DNA of 64,000 nt from NCBI GenBank assembly GCA_963721455.1, contig CAVRJG010000021.1, forward strand, positions 8,631-72,630, read 5' to 3'. The stretch comes from an uncultured Methanosarcinaceae archaeon. GTDB lineage: Archaea > Halobacteriota > Methanosarcinia > Methanosarcinales > Methanosarcinaceae. Of this stretch, positions 54,608-64,000 are shown one piece after another. Position 1 is the first letter of the stretch, and each line of letters begins with the position of its first letter. A model generated the notes under the pieces. The model made no database searches. It saw nothing but the letters and a program-made list of their open reading frames with translations, and had not been told where the DNA came from. The translations under genes were made by a program, and so were the position numbers.

Positions 54608-57481
54608 ATGACCTTTCATAACATCTTCAACTCTTTTCACCCGAAAATTCAGGATGCCCTTAAAACCCTTGGTTTTACAAAACCCACAGAACCTCAGGAA
54701 AGGGCATTTCCTCATATAATGGACGGAAAACACACCCTTTTAATAGCTCCTACAGGCTCCGGCAAGACCGAATCAGCCGTGCTGCCTGTTTTTAACAGTA
54801 TCCTGAAAAAGAAACCCGAAGCCAGAAGGGGAATTTCCGCCCTTTATATAACTCCCCTGAGGGCACTTAACAGGGATATGCTTTCTCGCATTGAGATTTT
54901 GGGCAAGCTGCTCGACATCAAAGTCCAGGTCAGGCATGGGGATACCCCGCAAAGCGAAAGGCAGCGCCAATCCAGAAACCCTCCTGATGTCCTGATTACA
55001 ACACCTGAGACCCTGCAGGCAATGTTTACCGGTTCCCGCCTGCGGAAGAACCTTGAAACCGTAACCCATGTGGTTGTAGACGAAATTCACGAACTTGCCG
55101 GCTCAAAACGAGGAGCCCAGCTGGCTGTGGGGCTCGAGAGGCTTGTGGAAATTTCAGGGGAGTTTCAGAGAATCGGGCTTTCTGCAACAGTCGGGAACCC
55201 GTGGGAAATTGCAAAGTTTCTGGCTGGCACGGGAAGGGATTTTACTGTAATTGAAGTAGCCCTGCTGAAACTGCTTGAGTTCGATGTGGTCAACCCTGAA
55301 GCTTCCGGAGGGGGCGAGATACGGGACAGAGAAATCCTGAAAATTGCAAACATTGTAGGCTGCGAGCCCGAATTTGCTTCTCACCTCCTCTGCATCAGGA
55401 AAATCGTTGAAGAGAGCCAGTCAACCCTTATTTTTGTAAATACGCGGCAGAGTGCAGAGGCTCTGGCTGCCGGTTTCCGTAAGCTTGGAGCATCCATAGG
55501 TGTGCACCACGGCTCTCTTTCTTTTGAAGCCCGTGTAGAAGCTGAGGAGGCATTCAAATCCGGAACTCTGAGAGGCCTTATCTGCACCTCGTCAATGGAG
55601 CTCGGGATCGATATCGGAAATGTCGACCGGGTGGTCCAGTACGGGTCTCCGCGCCAGGTCTCAAGGCTGCTCCAGAGGGTCGGCAGAGCAGGGCACAGGC
55701 TGCATGAGGTTTCGAGGGGGACCATCCTTTCGATGGAAGTGGACGATACTGCAGAGAGCATGGCAATTACGAAAGCTGCACTGGAAGGCAGGGTTGAAGA
55801 GGTTTCTCCGCACGTTAAATCCCTGGATGTCGTGGCAAACCAGATCGCAGGCATGGTTATGGATTTCGGGGAGGTCGGAATCGATAAGGTTCTCAGGATT
55901 CTCCGGCGGACGTACCCTTTCAGAGACCTGCGGGTTGAAGAGCTGCAAAGGGTTGTGGATCAGATAGGGGATTACAGGCTGGTCTGGCACGAGAAAGGCT
56001 CAAACATGCTGAAAAAGCGCAGGAAAAGCTGGGAATATTATTATGAAAACCTCTCCATGATCCCGGACGAAAAGAAGTACGAGATCTACGATATTGTGAG
56101 CGGAAAATCGGTCGGCGTGCTGGACGAAGCCTTTGTTGTGAATTTTGCAGAACCGGGCGCAGTTTTCATAACGAAAGGCTACATGTGGCGGGTCGTTGAG
56201 ATGCCTGACCGCGAGCGCGAGCAGGGAAAGGACAGGATCAAAGTCGAGCCCGTCGAAGGCATGGGCGAGGTTCCGAGCTGGACCGGAGAAGAAATCCCTG
56301 TGCCTTTTGAGGTGGCTCAGGGCGTCGGAAAGCTCAGGGCAGAAATTGCAGCCTTTATCCGCGAAGGACTTGATGACGAAGCCGTTGCAGAGAAGCTCCG
56401 GGCAAAATATCCTGTAACAAGGAATGCTGCGCTTGAACTGATCAGGCTCATTCGGGACCACGTGGAAGGAGGCTTTCCCCTGCCTGACGCGGACACAATC
56501 GTGATCGAAGGCAAAGGGGACACTGTGACCCTGAACGCCTGTTTCGGCCACAATACGAACGGCACCCTTGCCAGAGTCCTGACTTCGCTCCTGTCAGCCC
56601 GCTTCGGAGGCAGCGTAGCCCAGGAAGTGGACCCGTACAGGATCAGGCTGACTCTCCCGCGCAGGGTAGGCCCTGTCCAGATCCGGGACATGCTGCTTTC
56701 CCTCCGCCCTGAACATGTTGAGCCAATCATCGAAATGACCCTGAAGAACACAACCCTGATGAAATGGAAAATGGTCCACGTTGCCAGGAAATTCGGAGCC
56801 CTTTCGCGGGACGTTGACTACGACAGGATCAGTATGAAAAAGCTCCTTGAAATCTACCAGGGCTCCTCAATGTACGACGAAGTTATCCGCGAAATCTTCC
56901 ACGACCTGCTCGACGTCCCCAGGGCAAAAGAAGTCCTTACAAAACTTGCAGCCGGCGAAATCTCAATCGAGGTCTCACCCCCTACCCCTATCGGCTCAGC
57001 CGGCTTTTCCATGAAAAAAGACCTTGTAGCCCCGGAAAAAGCCGACCGTTCAATCGTCCTTGCCCTTAAGGAACGCATCATGAACGACAAAATCGTTCTA
57101 TTCTGTACGAACTGCAAGAAATGGACCTCCCGCCGCCAGGTCAAAAGCGTCCCTGAAGAAATCGTCTGCCCTGTCTGCAACTCCCCGATGATTGCAGCCC
57201 TCAAACCCTGGGAAGAAGAGGAAATCAACCTTGTCAAAAAACAGGCAAAAAACGTCAAAGTCTCCGCCGAAGAAAAGAAACGGATCCAGCGCGTCTACAG
57301 AAACGCAAGCATAGTCCGCTCCCAGGGGAAAAAGGCGGTTATTGCACTTGCCAGCCGGGGAATCGGGCCTGAAACGGCGTCAAGGGTGATTGAAAAGATG
57401 AGGGTGGATGAAGAGGCGTTTTACAGGGATATTTTGATTGCGGAGAGGAATTACGTGAAGACGAAGAAGTTCTGGGAATGA
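54608..57481 (+). CDS. lhr: Lhr-family SF2 helicase with a C-terminal zinc ribbon
   Basis: [37 protein letters not shown]...CPVC. Start at ATG 54608. Confidence 0.9.
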   Translation: MTFHNIFNSFHPKIQDALKTLGFTKPTEPQERAFPHIMDGKHTLLIAPTGSGKTESAVLPVFNSILKKKPEARRGISALYITPLRALNRDMLSRIEILGKLLDIKVQVRHGDTPQSERQRQSRNPPDVLITTPETLQAMFTGSRLRKNLETVTHVVVDEIHELAGSKRGAQLAVGLERLVEISGEFQRIGLSATVGNPWEIAKFLAGTGRDFTVIEVALLKLLEFDVVNPEASGGGEIRDREILKIANIVGCEPEFASHLLCIRKIVEESQSTLIFVNTRQSAEALAAGFRKLGASIGVHHGSLSFEARVEAEEAFKSGTLRGLICTSSMELGIDIGNVDRVVQYGSPRQVSRLLQRVGRAGHRLHEVSRGTILSMEVDDTAESMAITKAALEGRVEEVSPHVKSLDVVANQIAGMVMDFGEVGIDKVLRILRRTYPFRDLRVEELQRVVDQIGDYRLVWHEKGSNMLKKRRKSWEYYYENLSMIPDEKKYEIYDIVSGKSVGVLDEAFVVNFAEPGAVFITKGYMWRVVEMPDREREQGKDRIKVEPVEGMGEVPSWTGEEIPVPFEVAQGVGKLRAEIAAFIREGLDDEAVAEKLRAKYPVTRNAALELIRLIRDHVEGGFPLPDADTIVIEGKGDTVTLNACFGHNTNGTLARVLTSLLSARFGGSVAQEVDPYRIRLTLPRRVGPVQIRDMLLSLRPEHVEPIIEMTLKNTTLMKWKMVHVARKFGALSRDVDYDRISMKKLLEIYQGSSMYDEVIREIFHDLLDVPRAKEVLTKLAAGEISIEVSPPTPIGSAGFSMKKDLVAPEKADRSIVLALKERIMNDKIVLFCTNCKKWTSRRQVKSVPEEIVCPVCNSPMIAALKPWEEEEINLVKKQAKNVKVSAEEKKRIQRVYRNASIVRSQGKKAVIALASRGIGPETASRVIEKMRVDEEAFYRDILIAERNYVKTKKFWE

Positions 57482-57634
57482 ATGTGATGTTTTCTGGTTA
57501 TAATAGCTTATTTGATTGGGGGATCAATTTTAATTTATTACGGACATTACCTCTTATATATTGCATTCTCCTAGTTTTTATAATCAATTTTGAAAGAAAT
57601 AATTTTATTTTGTATTGTATCATCTTGAAAGTAT

Positions 57635-58561
57635 ATGAACAAAAGAACTACTGAAGCAATAAAAATTGCAGAAGAAATAATCTCGAATATAGAAATAGAG
57701 CCATTTACAATTACAAACGTTAGAAAATTTTTCAGGCTAGTTTCCGTTCTAAAAATGGAAAATGAAATTAAGTGGATTCAAAGAGAACTATATGGATATA
57801 AAAATTTAAATGATTTCCCGTCTTATCGAAAAGTAAGGGACAGCCAAAATAAAAATAAATTTGTTTTTGTTAGAGATAACTATGCTATGTTGAGAACTTA
57901 CACTGAAAATGGAGATACACTCAATTTTGATCCTCTTCCTGATGATGGTTTTTATACTCACTATAAGATTCGCGTGGGTCCTGAAAAATTTTATTACATA
58001 CTAAATTTTGTAGATAACGAAATATATAGAAAGACAAGTGGAATTTTATCAAAACTGAAATTTGAGAAAATAGAGTATGATATATTTGAAGAAACACGAA
58101 AATCAGTTAATGAGGAGCTCAATGCTCGATGTCCGAATGCGTTCGAAAAACTGACGGAAATTTATACCGACATGATTGAAAGTAAGAGTAAGCTAGATCT
58201 ACAGCAGGTAGCTCACGGATGTAGAGTTGTATTAAAAGATTTTGCTGATTCAGTGTTTCCTCCAACGGATAAGAAAATTAAAGATCTTTATGGAAATGAA
58301 CATGATTTGAAAGATAACAATTATGTAAACAGAATTATCGCTTTCGTCCAAGAGAACATGGATTCAAAATCAAATAAAGAATTCATGAGTTCTCACCTTG
58401 CTTATCTTGCGAGTTTTCTCGATAATGTAAATGACTTAGCTAGTACCGGAACGCATACTGAAATATCTAAAGAACAAGCAAAAAGATGTCTCATTTATAC
58501 ATATTTGATGTTAGGTGACATTATAAATCTCTCGGGTTTAAATTCCAACAAATATCAATGA
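57635..58561 (+). CDS. AbiTii-like domain protein (possible defence function)
   Basis: AT-rich; N-terminal W..REL.GY....P.YR signature typical of AbiTii domains. Confidence 0.6.
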   Translation: MNKRTTEAIKIAEEIISNIEIEPFTITNVRKFFRLVSVLKMENEIKWIQRELYGYKNLNDFPSYRKVRDSQNKNKFVFVRDNYAMLRTYTENGDTLNFDPLPDDGFYTHYKIRVGPEKFYYILNFVDNEIYRKTSGILSKLKFEKIEYDIFEETRKSVNEELNARCPNAFEKLTEIYTDMIESKSKLDLQQVAHGCRVVLKDFADSVFPPTDKKIKDLYGNEHDLKDNNYVNRIIAFVQENMDSKSNKEFMSSHLAYLASFLDNVNDLASTGTHTEISKEQAKRCLIYTYLMLGDIINLSGLNSNKYQ

Positions 58562-58781
58562 AGCTGCTCTAATATTCCAAAAATTCTATCTAATTTTCTC
58601 TCCAAGAATTAGTTTTCTTCAGTGAGAAGAAAAATGATGCTCGTTGCTGTGTACTTTCAAAATGGCGTGAGATATAGTTTTTAGTGTCGGTTCTCTCGAC
58701 TTGATGATTTGAGGGTGGGTGGTCGTCTAAACAAATATACTAAAATTTTTATTCTCAATCAACTCGGCCAGCAGACAGAAA

Positions 58782-58918
58782 GCCCTTCAATGACCAAAAA
58801 CTTCAACATGGCGGCGCAATCGGAGGATTTTTGGTCGAAAGATTTGAGGGGGGCTGGGGCGGAAATATAATAAAAAAGTTATACTGTTTCAGATTCTGCT
58901 GGTTTTCATTTAACTTTT
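58782..58918 (+). repeat. Intergenic repeat copy A (ggcgcaatcg...gatttgagggg...ggggcggaaatataataaaaaagt)
   Basis: Identical 24-nt core at 58856, 59936 and 61007, with similar flanks. Confidence 0.85.
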
Positions 58919-58998
58919 CTTCAGTTCTGCCGGTAACAACTTTAAATACTCACAGACAAAATGGTATTCCGGTAAAGATGGAAGGCAAGAACTTAAAT

Positions 58999-59766
58999 TT
59001 ACAGAAAATCCAAAAGAGTGGTTTCGTATACAGTTTCCTCTTCAGTTATATTTAAGTTTCCACAGTAATTGCATTTGTAATATTTAGTCGTGGTTTCAAC
59101 CACAGTTGTTCCAAATGGGTCTTCTTTTACATCAGGATTCTTATACTCAAAGTTAAACTCTGTTCTCCCGCATTTTTCACATTTTACTTCTCTGGTTACC
59201 CTTTTTATCTCTTTTAGCCTTTTATATGTTTTTATCTTTTCGGGGCTTTTACTGCTGTCAATATGTCCACAATATTTGCATCTCCAGTGTCGAGTTACTG
59301 TGACTACATATGAATCTTCTGTACTTATTTCTTTGATGTCAGGTTCTTCTCTTTCTTCGTAAGCATAGTTCTTGTGACATCTTTTACATCTAGTAGCTTT
59401 TACATATCTTACTTTCCAAAGCAAAGAGTTTCCAATTGAGCAAATGCCTATCCCTGCGAAAACTCCAATGTAGCCTACTGGAAAATAGATCCCTTCCTCA
59501 AAATTGTGATTTATTAAGTAATCTAAAATTATAACAGTTCCAATAATAGTCGCAATCCCTAAAAACATACCGAACCATCCGGTAATTTGAATGGCTTTCT
59601 CCCCATAATTTTTAATAAAAGGGACTTGGTTGAGATTTTTACAATCTCTCTTTTCTCCTTTGTATGTGCATATAATTACCCAGGTTCCCTGAACAAACTC
59701 TATCGAGTAGGTTTTGTTTTTCCCATTGATATTTTTTATCTGGGTTTCTTCGGCAATTTGGATCAA
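58999..59766 (-). CDS. Hypothetical two-TM protein with duplicated CxxC zinc-ribbon modules
   Basis: Two hydrophobic helices, then CKRC..CKYC and CEKC..CNYC in two similar modules. Confidence 0.7.
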   Translation of the reverse strand: MIQIAEETQIKNINGKNKTYSIEFVQGTWVIICTYKGEKRDCKNLNQVPFIKNYGEKAIQITGWFGMFLGIATIIGTVIILDYLINHNFEEGIYFPVGYIGVFAGIGICSIGNSLLWKVRYVKATRCKRCHKNYAYEEREEPDIKEISTEDSYVVTVTRHWRCKYCGHIDSSKSPEKIKTYKRLKEIKRVTREVKCEKCGRTEFNFEYKNPDVKEDPFGTTVVETTTKYYKCNYCGNLNITEEETVYETTLLDFL

Positions 59767-59874
59767 TAAAGTACCTTCTAAATCTTCATCACATCAACTT
59801 AATATTTATTAAGTTTCCTTGCCATATATATTTCTTGCTTTCTATTTGAGATTCGTTAGTTGTAAATTTTCCAA

Positions 59875-59988
59875 AAGTTGAAATCTTAAAAAAGGCGCAA
59901 TCGAAGAATTTCCAATCGAGGATTTTGAGGGGTCTGGGGCGGAAATATAATAAAAAAGTTATATCGCTCCGGCTTCTGTTGGTTTTCA
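59875..59988 (+). repeat. Intergenic repeat copy B
   Basis: Core at 59936-59959; shares the downstream ttctg.tggttttca with copy A. Followed by the hairpin ccgcgcttcagcgcgg at about 60055. Confidence 0.85.
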
Positions 59989-60190
59989 GGTAGTTTTGGG
60001 GATGCGTTGACAGGTTTAGGTTACTAAATATCTTTTCCATGCATTCTGGAAAAGCCGCGCTTCAGCGCGGAAAAGGACCGTATGAGGACGGCTAATAAGG
60101 CTGCTCCGATTTTGTGCTTTTTATTTTTCTGAACTGGCTGCTCTTTCAATCAGGATATGTTTAAATGATAACAAAAGAAATTATACCGAC

Positions 60191-60487
60191 ATGGAGACTG
60201 TTTTCCGGCACAAAGAGTTATTCGAAAAAATCTCTTCATTCCTCAAGGAGGAAGGAGCAAAGAAAATAGCGGTTTTTGGCTCTTATGCAAGAGGAGAAGA
60301 AAAGCCGGAAAGCGATATCGACATTCTTGTAGAGTTTTCAGAAACGAAAAGTCTGCTCACTCTCGTCAGGATTGAGAGAGAATTGTCAGAGTTTCTTGGG
60401 GTAAAGGTCGATTTGCTTACCGAGGGGTCAATAAGCCCATATCTTATTGACGGAATTAAAAAGGAGGCAAAAGTGATCTCTACATGA
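60191..60487 (+). CDS. Minimal nucleotidyltransferase (MNT) antitoxin
   Basis: GSYARGE...SDIDI motif; 4-nt overlap with the HEPN gene. Confidence 0.92.
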   Translation: METVFRHKELFEKISSFLKEEGAKKIAVFGSYARGEEKPESDIDILVEFSETKSLLTLVRIERELSEFLGVKVDLLTEGSISPYLIDGIKKEAKVIST

Positions 60488-60834
60488 AAAAAAATGACTC
60501 GGTTTACCTCAGCCATATCCTCAATTCAATCGAACGGATTGAAGAATATACTGAAGGTATGGAAAAAGATGATTTTCTATCCAGCAACCTGGTCCAGGAC
60601 GGGACGATCAGGCAAATTGAGATCATAGGTGAAGCTACCAAGAATTTATCTCAGAATCTCCGGGATAAATATCCTCAGATTCCCTGGAGCGATATTGCAG
60701 GTATGCGAGATAGATTAATTCACCACTATTTTGGAGTCGACCTTAAGGCAGTCTGGAATACTGTGAGAGTCGATATCCCGACTTTGAAATATGAGATTCT
60801 GGCTATACTCGATGTTCTGAATAATGAAAAATAA
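60484..60834 (+). CDS. HEPN (DUF86, HepT-like) RNase toxin
   Basis: IEIIGEA, RDRLIHHY (Rx4HxY). Confidence 0.92.
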   Translation: MKKNDSVYLSHILNSIERIEEYTEGMEKDDFLSSNLVQDGTIRQIEIIGEATKNLSQNLRDKYPQIPWSDIAGMRDRLIHHYFGVDLKAVWNTVRVDIPTLKYEILAILDVLNNEK

Positions 60835-60944
60835 TCACGGATTTGACTGATTTGCTACTTCTGTTTATACGACTCCAGTTTTCGGTTTCATATAAAATCA
60901 CGGTGCCTTTTAATTTGTACTGATTAATAAAGTTCCAATGCTGT

Positions 60945-61030
60945 GCCTTTCAAAAACTAAAAAACTTCAAAAAAGGCGGCGCAATCGGAGGATTTGAGGG
61001 GGGGCCGGGGCGGAAATATAATAAAAAAGT
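60945..61030 (+). repeat. Intergenic repeat copy C
   Basis: Core at 61007-61030. Confidence 0.85.
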
Positions 61031-61366
61031 GATTTAAGACAGGTTGACTTTAGATTTAGAATTCTATTTTTTTGCTATAAAAAGAAAGACAGGAAATAGG
61101 CTGAATTTATGGAAGTTTTGATATCTGCATTGGAAAACAAAATGAAAAAATATATAAGGACTAATTACAGTAAAAAATGCAAACGATGAGTCCTGGGTTG
61201 AATATTTATGTCAGGTAGCTCTGAGAGAGCTAAAGCTCTGCGATATGAAAATGATAAGGATTTCTCTGCAGCTTGAAGAAAAATAACTTCTAACAGCTCA
61301 ATAATAGCTTTATTATATTAAGTATGCGTTGAAAAAAAACGGCAAAAGAAGAAATTCTCTTTAAAA

Positions 61367-63190
61367 ATGACTATGTCAAGAGCTAAATCCACAAGAGAGA
61401 AAATTATTACTACTCTCCGTCTTAAACGCGCACTTTCTCTTGTTTGGCAAAGTGCACCTGGATGGACAATTGTAAGCGCTTTTCTGGTATTGTTGCAAGG
61501 TATTCTGCCACTTGCTTCTCTCTACCTGATGAAGCTGATAGTTGATTCTGTCACTGCTGGCATTAATTCCGTAAACAAGGAGGCTGCCTTTGAGAACATA
61601 CTGTTTTTTATTTTTCTTGCTGCTGGGGTGACTTTTCTTACTACCATGAGCCGCTCAGTCTCAGGTATAGTCAGCGAGGCTCAGGCAGCCCTGGTCTCAG
61701 ATCATATTCTCGATATACTTCATGCTAAATCTATAGAAGCAGACCTGGAATACTATGAGAATCCCAAGTATTTTGACACTCTCCATAGAGCCCAAAATGA
61801 TGCTCCTTTCAGGCCGGCCCGTATAGTAAATAGTCTCGTTCAAATAGGCCAGAGTAGCTTGTCTATGATTGTCGTATTTGGATTAATAGCCTCTTTTAGT
61901 TGGATTGTAGCCGTAGCCCTCACTATCACGGCGGTACCAACAGCCTTTGTCCGCCTAATATACTCAGACAAAGTCTATCGCTGGCAGCTTGCCTGCACAG
62001 CAAAAGAGCGAAAATCGTGGTACTTTCACTGGCTTCTCACCAGTGATAGCCACGCCAAAGAAATCCGGCTATTTGAACAAGGGCCTCTATTTATCAATAG
62101 GTATCATAACCTCCGTAAAGAGCTCAGAAATGAGCGCTTATCTATTACAAGTAAACGAGCTGCTGCAGATCTGGCGGCCCAAACTATTGCTATTGTAACT
62201 ACTTTTGGCAGTCTTGCTTTCATTGCCTTAAATGCTTATCAGGGCAAGATAACTCTTGGTGACCTTGTCATGTATTTTGGGGCTCTACAACAGGGACAGT
62301 CATTCCTCTCAAGTCTCATGAACAGCCTTACAGGACTTTACGAGGATAACCTCTTCCTGACGACTCTTTATGAGTTTCTCGATCTTAAGCCCACTGTGAA
62401 AGAACCATCAAGTCCGGTGTCAGTACCTGAGCCGATGAAAGAAGGAATTTCCTTCGAGAATGTGGGATTTTGTTATCCTGGTCATGCAATAAAAGTACTC
62501 GAAGGTATCAACCTGCACATAAATCCTGGCCAGATAATAGCTCTGGTTGGAGAAAATGGGTCAGGAAAGACCACACTTATTAAACTTCTCTGCAGGCTCT
62601 ATGATCCGTCAGATGGAAGGATTACATTGGACGGGATCGACCTTCGTGATCTAAAGATATCTGATCTGCGAAAGGAGATTAGTGTCGTCTTCCAGGATTA
62701 TACACATTACAACCTGACTGCCAGAGAAAACATCTGGCTTAGTAACGTGGATGCGCCCATTGATACATGTAATATCCCGCGGGCAGCGGAATGTTCTGGA
62801 GCAGACCGTATTATCAACAGCCTGGATAATGGTTATGAAACAATCCTGGGAAAATGGTTCGAAGATGGTACGGAGTTAAGTATAGGAGAATGGCAAAAAA
62901 TAGCCTTAGCAAGGGCTTTTTTCCGTGAATTCCAGATAATAGTTATGGACGAACCAACAAGTTCTCTTGATCCTAAAGCAGAAGATGAAGTCTTCAAAAA
63001 GTTCCGTCAACTTGCTGCAGGCAGGACTGCAATAGTAATTAGTCACAGGCTTTCTACAATCAGAATGGCTGATTGTATATGTTTCTTGAAGAACGGAGAG
63101 ATCTTGGAGAAAGGAAATCATAATGAATTGATAGCTCTTAATGGTGAATACGCACAATTATTCCGAATTCAATCGCAATATTATAAGTGA
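61367..63190 (+). CDS. ABC exporter (fused TMD-NBD)
   Basis: Six-TM domain, GENGSGKT, LSIGEWQK signature, MDEPT, SHR. Confidence 0.92.
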   Translation: MTMSRAKSTREKIITTLRLKRALSLVWQSAPGWTIVSAFLVLLQGILPLASLYLMKLIVDSVTAGINSVNKEAAFENILFFIFLAAGVTFLTTMSRSVSGIVSEAQAALVSDHILDILHAKSIEADLEYYENPKYFDTLHRAQNDAPFRPARIVNSLVQIGQSSLSMIVVFGLIASFSWIVAVALTITAVPTAFVRLIYSDKVYRWQLACTAKERKSWYFHWLLTSDSHAKEIRLFEQGPLFINRYHNLRKELRNERLSITSKRAAADLAAQTIAIVTTFGSLAFIALNAYQGKITLGDLVMYFGALQQGQSFLSSLMNSLTGLYEDNLFLTTLYEFLDLKPTVKEPSSPVSVPEPMKEGISFENVGFCYPGHAIKVLEGINLHINPGQIIALVGENGSGKTTLIKLLCRLYDPSDGRITLDGIDLRDLKISDLRKEISVVFQDYTHYNLTARENIWLSNVDAPIDTCNIPRAAECSGADRIINSLDNGYETILGKWFEDGTELSIGEWQKIALARAFFREFQIIVMDEPTSSLDPKAEDEVFKKFRQLAAGRTAIVISHRLSTIRMADCICFLKNGEILEKGNHNELIALNGEYAQLFRIQSQYYK

Positions 63191-63202
63191 AGAATGCAGT
63201 GT

Positions 63203-63420
63203 ATGAAGATTGAATTAAAATGGTTCAATTTAATCTTGTCATCTGAAGACAAACTCCTTTTATATTGCTCAAAATTAAACATGAATGAGGATATGAAGTC
63301 CAAAATTGGAGAAATCTTGAACGACGTTTTGAATTGGGATTATATTGTAGAATGCTCTATATAATAGGGAATCTCACAGTTATTTACTTTTTACATGGTG
63401 AAAAATTCGAAAAATTAGTA
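63203..63420 (+). pseudogene. Remnant of an uncharacterised nucleotidyltransferase (NTP_transf_5-like) N-terminus
   Basis: SEDKLLLYC...LNWDYIVECS resembles the N-terminus of that family; premature TAA at 63362. Confidence 0.45.
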
Positions 63421-63553
63421 ACAGGAAATAGAGATTATATTCCTGATGAAGATATTTATCAAAGTGTCCGGCTGAGTTTTTCAATCCCGTTTTTTGACAT
63501 ATCACGGCACTTTGATTAAATCCAAAATATTATAAACTTTAATTTTTGCGGCC

Positions 63554-63668
63554 ACAGCGACGGCCATTGCGACCGGGGTGTGTACAATTAGGACCTAGAT
63601 TTAATGGCATAAAACAGCGACGGCCATTGCGACCGGGGTGTGTACAATTAGGACCTAGATTTAATGGC
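63554..63668. repeat. 55-bp perfect direct repeat x2 (period 60)
   Basis: acagcgacggccattgcgaccggggtgtgtacaattaggacctagatttaatggc at 63554 and 63614. Confidence 0.9.
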
Positions 63669-64000
63669 GCAAAAGACATGTTATTTTCACCTCCGCTTTT
63701 CCAATTTTTCATTACATGTACTACTTTTTAGATTTTAAGTGTTGCGATGTTAGTCTGTTAAACAACGTCTTAAGATATTGATTAATTTGTTCTACAATTA
63801 AAAATCCTGAACTTATTCTTAAATTCCTGAATCAAAGAACTTTTGAAACAATAATGAGTGTATATGAAAGTCAAGCATTGGATCCACATGTAAACAGAGA
63901 AAGGTGTATAGATGAATGGTTTGAATAACAAATAAATGAGTTGAATCCAAAAAAGAGTCAGAGAAGGAGGTAATTAATTCTTAACCGATGACCAATGAAG

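Noticed and set aside
63546-63731. 61-aa ORF with duplicated QRRPLRPGCVQLGPRFNG as a RiPP precursor
   Set aside because: TTG start without an RBS, and the ORF is explained by the 60-nt DNA duplication; no lasso leader or core features.

Overview
Chromosomal segment of a methanogenic archaeon, almost certainly Methanosarcina (inferred from cofD, pscS plus cysS, class II lysS, PKD/TolB surface proteins, rpoL/csl4). Mostly housekeeping and DNA-repair genes (NurA-HerA, PolX, ATP-dependent ligase, Lhr helicase with metallophosphoesterase), plus tRNA-Pro(UGG) and tRNA-Gly(CCC). Three things stand out. (1) At about 32.7-41.4 kb there is a tandem array of four small secreted-protein genes. They share a signal peptide and a Cys-ending tail but have very different low-complexity repeat cores. 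Each is flanked by a conserved, base-pairing 5' leader and 3' trailer, and they alternate with an APH/choline-kinase-like phosphotransferase gene (one near-intact copy, two decayed). (2) The DNA ligase gene is open for 580 codons except for one in-frame amber (TAG) codon, which is either pyrrolysine read-through, a nonsense mutation or a base-call error. (3) At about 57.5-64 kb an AT-rich accessory island carries an AbiTii-like gene, an MNT-HEPN toxin-antitoxin pair and an ABC exporter, separated by three copies of a conserved non-coding repeat about 1.08 kb apart. Also seen: an unlisted 40-aa double-CxxC micro-protein, a Met-rich cupredoxin and several MITE-like elements. All product calls rest on motif recognition only, with no database searches. 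Several homopolymer frameshifts may be sequencing errors.
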